A stretch of 55,775 nt of DNA. Origin: Catajapyx aquilonaris. Taxonomy: Eukaryota. The notes beneath the pieces are model-generated. The model was not told the origin of the DNA, made no database searches, and worked only from the letters and a program-made list of their open reading frames with translations. Made by a program: the position numbers and the translations under genes. The DNA is taken from assembly GCA_000934665.2 (NCBI GenBank), contig JYFJ02000634.1:62001-117775 (forward strand), given 5' to 3'. How positions within the stretch are numbered: the stretch's first letter is position 1; the number at the start of each line of letters is the position of its first letter. Of this stretch, positions 26,901 to 38,900 are shown piece by piece.

Positions 26901-29900
26901 GGTCGCTGCTCGAGTGTGTTGTCGTCCAGTCCAGCCACCACCACACCCGCTATGATGACAAGCGTCACAGCCAGTCTGAACAGACAGTTGTGCAGGATAC
27001 GGAAAGATGCGTTTCTCAGGCAGGCCCACCGCTTCCCTTGCGTCCATGGGCAAGCACCGGCTACGAACCCGCCAGTGGACGCAGTCGATGCTCGTGGCGT
27101 CGCCTCAACTTCCATCTGCTCCATTGAGTTCCCTCGGCTGGAAATAAGAGACGATGACTTATGGTTCTGCGTTGCGTTTTTCAGGACTTACCTTCTGTTG
27201 ATTCCGGCTGCGGCGTTAGCGGTGGTTCCGACTGTTGTCTTGGCCGCTTTGTGTCCGGCTCCGCACTTGTGTCTGATCCAGTCGACCAGCTCCGGCAGCC
27301 TCGATCCGCTCCAGAGGGCCAGCTCATGACCTCTCCGCCAACCTCTAGGTCGCGGGTTGACCAACAGACTAGCCAGGAACAGGTTGCTGATTATCAACTT
27401 CCCTGCTAGGAGAGCCAGCAGGAACAGCGGCAGAGCAGTGGCTAAGGGTACTGCGGGTTGAAGGGCTGCTAGGGGCTGGCTCCATCGGCCGAGGAAGGTT
27501 CGGAACATAGCCAGCAAAGAGTGGGCAAAGGATGCGCATGCCCATCTAGGAGGAGGCTGACCTTTGGCTGACCAGTACTCTGAAACGACAACAGAACAAT
27601 TACGCTGCGGAAGAACTTGTCGTGATTCAATCAATGTGAGATTCGCTACCTTTCCGAAACCAAGTTACGTCAGAGTTGGCAGAATTCTGCCAGAATTAAT
27701 TACTGGACTTAAGCTCCAGTTCTAATCAGCAGCCCCGGATTCCCGCATCAAATTACACCGGATTTGCACCGGATTCCCGATGTTTTGATTGGAAAAGCTC
27801 AACCTTTGTATTCGGGACTCAAAGAGAAAAGTAAGCTGCTTTACTCCACTAGTTTCGAGGCGAGAGCTTATTATCTTTGTATCAATCCCGGGCCTGTGAT
27901 AACAATAGACTTTTAATAGATAATGACATTCATTTCCGAGTCAGCCTCATATGCGGATATGCAGCCGATCCAAGCTGTTAAATAAATCACAGCTAGTGTT
28001 ACATCACATAAATCATGCCACTAATGATTAAATTCATGTATCACCCACTTTGGCGAGGCTTGTATACAATGCTAATAAATGTTTTGTCAGTTTAGCAGCT
28101 TATTAGCATTGCTGCGGTTTCAGCATTAGACGCTAATGTTTATGTGTATTTATGGGGGCCTCGTGAGAGCAGCTGTCGCTAATGCTATCCATCAAGCGGA
28201 GGATGATGGAGAGCCATGATGATCGTCACAAACGCCAGGGATGTTAGACTCACGTATGAGCATGGGCTTGAATATCCGTGTGCAGACTATTGCCAGGACG
28301 ACCAGGAAGCCGCTCAGATGAAGGGTAGTCAGGGCCAGCATGCGACCAGCAGCTCGGATACGACGCTCCAGAAGAGCAGCTGGACGCCACAAGGATGCAA
28401 GGGTCGCAAGTCGAACTAGACGCATCTGGAAATACAAAAATGCACCATCGAATCACTAAATTCCCAATTAGCACGTAGATATCCGTGGGACATCCCATGT
28501 CGATATCCGTCGGACATCCCATGTAGATATCAGTCGGACATCCCATGTAGATATCCGTCGGACATTCAATGGAGATATCCGTCGTACATCCCATGTAGAT
28601 ATCTGTATGACATCCCATGTAGATATCCGTCGGACATTCAATGTAGATATCCGTCGGACATCCCATGTAGATATCCGTCGGACATCCCATGGAGATATCC
28701 GTAGGACATTCCATGGAGATATCCGTAGGACATTCCATGGAGATATCCGTAGGACATCTCATGGAGATATCTGTATGACATTCCACGGAGATAACGGTAG
28801 GACATTCCATGGAGATATCGGTAGGACATCCCCTGGAGGGCAGAACGATCATGGATTAATTTATCCAAGATGCAAAACAGTTTCTTATGTAAAACCTGCA
28901 TACGTTAACTCTCGCCTACATGTTTCAGGATACGTAGAAATCAACCAAACCTTCTGGGGTCATTCACATGTTACGTCAGTGCTACTTGAACGGTGTACAC
29001 AATAAGTGATTAACTTAAAGCTAGATGTTTCGATATGATAACAGCAGTAAACCACTAATGGGAGTGGAATTAGAGTTTATGATACGCAGTACATGTTCGC
29101 AATCTAATCTGCTCCTCTTGTTTGCTTAATTACTTTGCAACAAACGCAGATACACGTAAAACGTAACAGTGTCAAATTAGCAGGCGACACAGTTACTACA
29201 GAGAGCTACAAGGTGAAATAAAATACTGAAGTTTGCTGGTTACGGCCCATAAATGTATGCGAGTATCGTTACGTACTTACTAACAAATGTTAATTATTAT
29301 TAAATGAACAATTCATATTTGACGTCCAATTTGTACACACATTTGCTTAGCATAAACGGAGTTTTGACATGGACATTATTAACCTGGTTGGGATAGTCAT
29401 AAATTTGACGGCCGCAATTTTTGAGGTTGCAAAGTGAAAAAGATTTTTATCGGTGTAGCTATAACTCCGCTTCTTTTTCTAATTTGAATCAGCTGTTTTA
29501 TGGGTACCGCTGAAAATGTCTGGGCAGCCAACTTTTTTTTAACGGCTGATTATGTAATAAAGTGGAGACAGGCTAAGCGATTCCGGCAATTTATGGCAAA
29601 GATTGGGCTGGAAGCGAAAGGTTCCAAGACGCTGGAAAAGTAACGACGCAAGTATTATGCGACAGACAGCAAATTTGCGTAATGCATGTGGTAAATGGCA
29701 GACACAAGTCGTGGACGTCAGGTCATTGCACAAATTCATCCACATTGAGCTGTCAATCAATCAGCTCAGTCAGTCGCATACGGCTTAAAGGAATAAGTGA
29801 GTCCACTGGCTTAACTTACCGTCGTAGCAGCCCGGAGCAACGGCAGAAGTGCTTCGTCTCTGACCAGATGTGTTGAGGCCGAAGTGAAGGCCATGGCCAG

Positions 29901-32900
29901 CTCGAACAGGTGACACGCATCCCGCAGGTAGATCCTGGGTCCCAGGGCTATCAGCTTCAGCACAGCCTCACCGCCATACACGCACGTGAAGATGAAGTCC
30001 GCCTTCCTCAACTTGGCCAGCAGCGATGCGTCCAGCCCATGGTGGAAGCTCACCATGGCCACAGCGTCGCATCCGAGAGTCCCCAGCAACAGTAACTCGA
30101 TCCGTGGGTCACTTATGATTTTCTGCAGACATGTCCTGTTAAGAAGAACAATCCCGTTACTAATCCGTTACATTCCCAGTATGTATAAAATTGCAAGTGT
30201 ACCTGAGACACCTGCACTTAGCAGGAGCTGCTACCTCTACAGGATCCCTGCCACTTGAGGACGAGCTCTCGGTTGTGATGCCGGGTGATGGGCACTCTTC
30301 GTCGTCATCCGCATCGTTGTCCGTCTCGTCCACGTTGGTTATCGTAGGGTCCTGCCGATGATCTGATTTGGATGGTGACGGAGCCTCGGAAGCCACAATG
30401 TACGGTGTCCCAATTGTTATCGAAGTTTCTTCTGCCGTGTGGCGCGGATGGTGGTCTTGAAGGCGCTGGAATTTAATTCCACGCATTCTTTTTTTAGAAA
30501 ATGCTATGAAGAAACAGAAGCCGAATTCCCCCAATAAAAGGTGCACTATTCATATTTCCAAGGCGTAACTTGAGCCCCTAGCAATCATAGTTTACGTACA
30601 AAACTACAAAAGAAAACGACTGCAAATATCTACAGAATTTTCTGTCAATGTGGCTCGTCGTAGCAAGAATTTTAACCAATTTTACAGCCACGTTTACATG
30701 TGAGCGATTTATCAGCTGATAAAAAGTATCAATATATTTTCGTCCCAAACAATTGGTCTCATCGCTGCAACATCGCTGATCAAATAGCTTCCGTGCAAAC
30801 GTGGTTTAAGTAACGGCTCACTCATCGCACATGAAATAAGGCGTAACGACCATACCTGTAAACGTCGCTGCAACCTCACAACGCTTTCGAGTGAGGACAC
30901 AACAACTGCGGAGACCAGATTGCAGGTCAGCAGGGCACAGGTCACCAGCGCAGGAAGGAAGAAGGTCAAGCACATCGGGCCAGCCACGCGCATAAACTGC
31001 AGTAGAAATAACGGTAAGTCACGAGGTCGAATTCCCTCTTTTCCACGTGTGACAAACCTTGTGGAATAGGTCGGAGAGCGTGTCGGAGGTCATGATCCTG
31101 AGGGCAGTGAGCAGCCCATCTGTGAACGAGTCAAAGGTGGACTGGGGCATGCCTTGCGGACTCCTGCCGTACCCCTGTCTGCAGGTGAAGTTCATCAGTG
31201 TCTGCAGGAACCCATCCTCGTCATCCGAGGCTCTGGCTACGTGACCCAGCGGACACTTCCATGCACCGGTGGTGTTTCCGCACAGTGCGTACTCGCCAGA
31301 CTCTTCCGCATACCAATTCGCTTCGGGTCATAACCAATGAGATTATGCACACTTTATTACAATAATGAGCAGGCCATACCTGGATTTGAAAAGAACGCTC
31401 TGAGGTCATCCGGTGAGAGTGGTGGTGCCCCAGGTGGCGGGTCTCTTACGCACTTCCGGGTCAGGACACCCGCGTTGAGCTCAACTCCGACCAGGCTGAC
31501 CACCCCGAGAGACAAGAGCAGCAGAGGAGCCGCGCGGAAGATCCCAAGCAGTGCCGCACCCATTCCGCCAGTAACCGCTTTATGTTCTGCGTACACGGAA
31601 AGCAGTGCTTACGTCCACATATTGAACAAGCAACGGGGGCTCACCTGGGCTACAAGACGTACTCTCCTGCACGTAACGGATGACACGGAGAGCTCGAAGT
31701 GCTTGCAGTGCACCACTTATCTCCCAGTACGGTATCATGCAGGCGCTAAAGAGCAAAAGCACAAATTATTCGTATCCATATTTGTAAAAACCCTGTCAGT
31801 TAGTGTTGACGTGGGTGCGACATATTAATTAATCTGTTTTCAGGTGGACACATTATATGCTTGCCAAAACATGCTCCATTCCTGTGGGCCGATGCAGGTG
31901 TTTACAGTTATTACAATTACGAACGTTCATATCGTTTGTATTCACACAGTGCGCACAATGGGTGGTAACACTAATTGCGAAACGTATCCCCGAGGCAGCT
32001 GCGGTTTGAATGGACTAATTCAGTGCATCAATTACACTCGTCATAACCCTCATTTTCCTGGCAGAGCGTTACAAACCGCAAGTAGTTGCATTTTAATAAA
32101 ATGTAATTCACATTATGATTACATGCCAGTAAAACAATGCTCTACGTGCAATTAATTCAGTACGGAAAAAAATATTGCGGAACAAACTCTGTAAATAATA
32201 ATTAATTAATTTCTTGAACAGGTATACATTTCCCCTATGCGTCGTGCTATGAGAGATATTACGTCAATGCACTGACCACCAAATGACAGTGAGTAATCCA
32301 TCCAGCACGTTCCAAGGGTCCCTGAGGTACGAGAAGGGCTGCATGAAGAACCCGCGGGCCACGATCTTGAGGCCCATCTCATGAGCGTAGACAAAGATGA
32401 AGGGGAACTCGTATGCGGACGTCCCTGGGAGGCTGATGAAGAGGACCTGGGCAGCCAGATGAGCCAGGATGAGAAGGAGCATGGTCCGCTCGAAGCAGGG
32501 GACCACGCAGACTCTGAGGGCCAAGCGACGGACCGCATTGTGGGGGCCAAACAGCCACAGGGACCTCTCCGCACTGAACCGATGGACACGACGCTCAGCA
32601 TTCACCACCACAAACGTCTGCAATATCACATCGGATTAGTCTCAGATTGACGCCGGTTGTCATACCGCACCTTATGCGAGTTCCTGTAGTACGGATCCAG
32701 GTCTTCCAAGGGGTCACCCAGCAGACCGAGAGGAAGGGCTTCCCTCAGCCGCGGTGCCAGGATGGTTCCTTGCCCCAACGACTCATCCGGGTGACGACGC
32801 TGCTCACCGTCACGGAACAATGGAGCCGGAGACTGCGGACGGAAAAATTCATTTTTAATTAATTCGCTCATTTATTAATATGAACTATAGCTGCCAGAAT

Positions 32901-35900
32901 TTGGCAACACTGCCCAGTGCCCAAAGTGTGTCCCAACCTCTCTGACCACTATAGAGAGTGAACCTGCTGTTGTGTCCTCCCATCATTGAACAGGGAAAGT
33001 GATAAATATGGTAACTACATGCACTTTGGTGATGAGTCAACGCGGGTACAGGGACAGAGTCACATCTAGCCAATTCTGTGCATGATTACGCTTAAATATT
33101 ATCCTTCTAATGGCGTAAAAATATATCAGATATTTTTTTTCCTCATCTGAGGTCGGAATGACGCCTTGACTCATCACCAACGTGCATGTAGTTACCAAAG
33201 TTGTCACTTTCCCCATTCATTAATAACGAGATGTACGATGTAGTAATGTACGAAACTCATGTACCAATAATGTACTAACTAATGTACTAAATGTTACCTG
33301 TGGCAGTAGCCTACTAATAATGTATACGAAATATGTATTGTGTACGTCCTACGGATATCCATATATCCAATGTCCCTTCAGTGGAGATGTGGATATCCAT
33401 AGGATGTTCCAGGGAGCTTCGTTCTACCTGGGAGATTCGCTCATCTCTAGAGCGGTCAGATAAGAGGGTGGGACACACTTTGGACTCCAGTGTTGCCAAA
33501 TTCTTTTGTGTAATGGATTAGCTATACTTTAGTCATATGTACAGAATTGGCTAGGCGCGACTCTGTCCCTACATGTAGGGCCTAGGTGCATGTATTTTAC
33601 CATATAGTTATCCCCATTCAATAATAATGAGAAAACACGAGGCGGTTCACTGACTGTACGGTGGTCAGAGAGGTTGGGACAGTCATATACTAGTTGGGTA
33701 CTGGTTGGGTACTAGTTGAGTACTGGTTGGGTACTAGTTTGGTACTGGTTGGGTACTAGTTTGGTACTGGTTTGGTACTAGTTTGGTGCTAGTTGGGTGC
33801 TAGTTGGGTACTGGTTGGGTACTGGTTGGGTACTGGTTTGGTACTAGTTGGGTACTGGTTTGGTACTAGTTGGGGCTAGTTTGGTCTAGTTGGGACAAAA
33901 TGACTCATATACAGAATTGGCATATACAGGCATATTTACAGAATTGGCTGCCTGTGACTCTGTCCCTGCAAGCGTTGACTCATCGCCAACGTGCATGTGT
34001 CATTTTCCCTGTTCAATGATGACCAGGACACAACAGCAAGGCTTATATATTGACCGTATGGTGGTCAGATATAGGTTATTGGGACACACTTTTGCTATCA
34101 GGCCAAATTTTTGACCTGGTGTCCAGCAGCCTTTGACCCGTGTTGATGACCTCCCCTGACCCACCCCACCCCCTGCAGTGTAATCAATATGCAGCGTGTA
34201 GGTCAGGAGGATGGTTCAAAGACACACATTTATGGGTGCGGCTTTTGGATCGATATGCCGTACAATGGGTATGGGTACCCGGGCCATGCAGTATAGGCTA
34301 TACTCACAGGTGCACCGGTGCAGGAGGTGCTGGCGCCGTCCAGGGCGGCCATCAACCTGGCCAGAGTGGCGCAGGTGAAAGGTCGGAAGGGCAGGTTTGA
34401 CCTGGCCCCAGCCAAGGCCGCCTCCCATTCGACCCTGTCTCCATCGGCCCTGGAAGGCACCACCTCCTCCTCCATCACCACCTCCTGGTGATGGTGGTGG
34501 TGGTGGTGATGGTGATGCTGGTGCTGGGCCTGCATCACCACACGTACGGTGCACTGACCCGACCAACCCCCCTCCGCAGGGGGAGTGTGTGTGTCTCTAC
34601 ACCCAACAGAAAGGGTGTGTGTCCAATGGGATCAATATTGTTGCGCCTGCCCCCAACAGAGCACCTCTCTCTCTCTCTCTCTCTGGCTACGACCCTCTCT
34701 TCAGGGGTACATATACAGCGTTGTGTATATCCATCACCTGAGAGCCGTGATTTATATCGAGTCATGCCGTGACACACGACACTGCATCAACTTCAATGGG
34801 CTTTGCCGAAGAACATGTTAACCGCCACTGATGGCAACACTGGCGGTTAACATGTTTTTCGCCCGAGCCGTTCAATTGATTAATTGTCAGTCTCTGTGTG
34901 TTGTACACACGATCATGTTCTCTCCGCAAAATGTATGTTGTTACTCGCACATATATGACACGCGCACCTTATTTTTAAACCTTTGCGTTCAATGGGCTCC
35001 AAAATGGCAATCTAATTAGACTTAATTTATATCGAGGAAAATGTTGCTGTCATAAATTACGGGTTGATTTTTCGCCCCACTGCTACACAGTAGGGGCAAG
35101 ATAACTCATGCGTTTTATGGGAGGTGGCTTGTGTCCTTGGCAGCCATAATTAGCCCCGCCCCCTATACCGGTCGACCAATCAGGATTCGATTTCGAAGGA
35201 GATGTTCTCAAAAACCTCAAGAATGAGATCGGTTTGTTTACACTAACGCAGTTGGCAACCCAGCAGGGGGCGGAGCTAATTATGGTCGCCAAGGACACAA
35301 GCCACCTCCCAAAACCCTTAGGCAGGGAGCATATACTGCACAAGAGGCGCAAACATTCGATTTCCGCGTCTCTCTGTTTGGGGCGTTACCAAGGCTGGCG
35401 GCCCCAAACAGAGAGACGAGGACATCAAAGGCGCCAACAGAAGTTTGCGCCTCTTATGTACAGTAGTATATGCTCCCTGCCTTAGGTTATTCTGTCCCTA
35501 CTGCAGTACCTGCTAACTTAGTACCATTGCCAATGGGGGATAATTTTCCCAATAACTGTCCACAGTAGGTCAGTGACAGATGGGAAAATCACCTCCCTTG
35601 GCAATGGTACTGTAGAGTTAGCAGTGTAACTAGCAGTGGGACGAAAATTCCACTCTTAATTTTTAATTTCAAAAGTAAAGGTGAAGTGGGGTAAGTGCAT
35701 ACACGGGGTAAGTGCATAAACAGGCCGCCATATTGGAATGAAAATAGCTGACGACACCAAATCGCATCAGGCACTCTTCGTGTAGCTGCACATAACATCC
35801 CCGGACGCGTTTTGGTGTCGTCAGCCATTTTCATTCCAATATGGCGGCCCGTTTATGCACTTACCCCGTGTATGCACTTACCCCACTTCACCTTACGTAA

Positions 35901-38900
35901 AAGTGCATAATCGCCTATGAGAATTTTGCTGTCCAATCAGAACAACAGACTGCGTATTTTCGCCGGAAAATATTTGTGTCGACATTTAATTATATATATA
36001 TTTAAATTATTCAGGAATGATCGTAGAACAAGAAGAAACATCAGGATTACCAATAGAGCAAGAAGAAACAGTCCGATTACCAATAGGTACAAAATGAAAA
36101 ATTCAGGTAGCCAATGACGCCAAAAGAATCCGGATTGGCCAGAGAGCTCCAGTTTTAAAATCTGGATTGCCTATATAGACCACGAAAATCCGGGTTCCCA
36201 ATAGAGCAAGAAGAAAGATCCGGATTAGGCCTACAGAGTAATAAGAAAAATCCGGATTGACAATACATCAGGGGGAGAAATGCAGATTTCCCAGAAAGCA
36301 ACAATATAAATCCGGATTGCCTGCATAGCAAGAAAATATACGGATTACCAATACAGTTCAAAAAAAAAAATCCGGATTGCCTACAGATCAAGAAGTTAAA
36401 AAATCCGGATTGCCTATACAGAATACGAAGAAATATCCAGATTGCCTAACAGAGCAAGAGAAATCCGGATTCCCAACAGAGCAAGAATAAAGATCCTGAT
36501 TGCCCAAAGAGCAAGAATAAATATCCGGATTGCCGCTGGAAAAAAAAAAATTATATTTCTTTCTCGAGTCGCTATAGAGAAACATTCAGAGCTGTCGACA
36601 CAATCTGGAGAGAAAAAAAAAAAAAAACCCGGGGGTTAAAAAATTGAAGGAGCCATTGGCACCTTTTCCTCTCTCCGGATAGAGTTCCGGGGGGAACTGG
36701 ACTGTTGCCAAAGTGATGCAACCGACCCCAAGACAAACCTCTGCAACCGGAATGGAGCCCCGGACACTAATGAAAATGGCCTTCCAATCCCCACACAGGT
36801 CCACTCCAATCAATTCTTTTTTTGGGGAAAAGAAAAGAAGAGTGATCAAGCCATGGCTCCATCTGGCCATTTTCCACCCGGAAAATCCGGGGGGGGAGAA
36901 ACACGTCACCCGCCCCCAACCACCCACTCTTTTTTTCCCCCCCGTCTCTCTCTCTCCAGTAACGACCTGCTGCATAATACCTCCTGCGATATTTTTATCT
37001 CCGGGTGCCGACAGCCGCTTTAAAAAAATAAAAAAGGGCCAAAAAAAGATGACGGTTGCAATCCCCCCCGCAAAAAAAAATTCGCAACGTTTTTTGCGCT
37101 TGGAATCGTACGATTTCCATTCCGATGACTTCATTCAGATTCGGAACCCTTGCCAAAAAATGCGAGTTGCATGTAACGTAATGACCACATATTTTGACGT
37201 ATGTAGGCCAATAATTCAAACCACTCGCTGGATTTATGACCAGGTGCGAAAGCTACTCATTTTTCGCAAAACTTTTGCCATTTTTTCGGCCAAAAATTGC
37301 GCTTTGAAGCTTTAAAAAAAAAAAGAGAGAGCCGAATCGCATTTCGCCTCCTGAGGCCTTTTGGCGACAATGACACGAATCATATACAGGGTGGTCCAAG
37401 TTCAAGTGTCGTTTTATAACGGCGATTAATAGCAGTGATTTTGCGATGACGTAGCAGCGACGCGTAAAATGTCCCACTTCGGCGCAATCGAAGTGGGCAA
37501 TTTTACACGTCGCTGCTACGTCATCGTTAAGCGCTTCTATTAATCGCCGTTATAAAACGACATTGAACTTGGACCACCCTGTATATGAATTTGTTACGAA
37601 CGCAAACGAGTGCGCACTACAGTTCGCGCAGCGAGCACGGTTGGAATTACACCATATTTGTCCATGGAAATTCGTCGCTATTTCCAAGATCACTCGTAAC
37701 TCATAATGACCATTCATTTCGTCTGAGATTTTTTGTTTTTGATCTCGGGGGGTAACTCTGGCAACGTTGTCAGAACAATGGAGCTGCGTAATTGTGGGTG
37801 CGCACTCGTTCAAGCTTGTAAAAATTCGTATACAGCAGTAAACCCGTTGGGAACACTGTCGACCTACACGCCACAGCCAGATGGCGCTCCTCCCTCTCTG
37901 TCCACTGCTGCCTTCTACGGAGGAAAGTAAATACTGACTAAATGCACGTTGGTGATGAGTCACCGCGTACAAGCACAGTCTCGCCTGTACAGTGTACTCT
38001 ATTTATGATGGTTCAATAATTACATGCTTTACAAAAAAAAAACGTGTAATGAGTTTTTGTGATTACGATTCCACCTTTTGGAATCCGTTTCTAGGAGAGG
38101 CCGTCATTTGCACGCAGATGCAGGTCGCAAATGTCAATATTGCGTTTTGCAGGGCCCAACACCTCGCACATCTGGGCCTCTCCCCCACTTCTCCCTCACC
38201 CCCCTCCATCTCTGCCAGAAGCCTACAAACAAGATTACAGTAAACCTCATATACCCCTGCGCAAATTGCAACTAAACGAGCATTAAAACGAGGCGGAACA
38301 CCGCCACACCTACATACACAATTCCTGCGCCGCAGCCCACAAAAAAATGGTGCACAAATCCTGCACAATCCGCAACATCATAGCCGCTAAAAGTAACCAC
38401 TAATGTGTCACACAACAAGCAGCTATTTATAACTAACTACAAATCTACAATAGCTGTTCAAACATCAACTTTTAGTTGGAATACAGACGAGTGCGCAACG
38501 CAGTTCGCCCGAATTGTTTCCAACACTACGCTCGAGGGGGTAACAATAATGGCCGACTTATACGATGTTGCCAAGGCGCTCCGGAACGAATCTTAAAGGC
38601 TACCTGTAACTGTGGCAATGCTGTCGGAACTATGGACTTGCGCAAGTGTGGATGCGCACTCGGTTGTGCTCGTAAAAAAATTCATCTATACTTACAGTAT
38701 AGATGTGCGCCATCTTGTAGTGGACTATTGTACTACGTCAAAGTGGGGCCGGGCAGTGTTGCCCAGTTTTGACAGTGTGTTTACTACTATTCATGTACGA
38801 CGTTTGGCTGCCCGTCAACTGGCTGCTGGTCATTTGTCTGCCGCGACATTTAGTTGCAGTATACAAATGGCACTGCAGCCAAATGATCGGCAGCCAAACG

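Noticed and set aside
28250..29005. Cys/Met-rich repeat proteins (CPTDIYMG etc.)
   Set aside because: Translations of an intronic 24-bp minisatellite.
36030..36540. Conserved aatccggattgcc core with variable intervening sequence, resembling repeat-spacer structure
   Set aside because: The intervening segments are homologous A-rich variants of each other, so this is a degenerate minisatellite.
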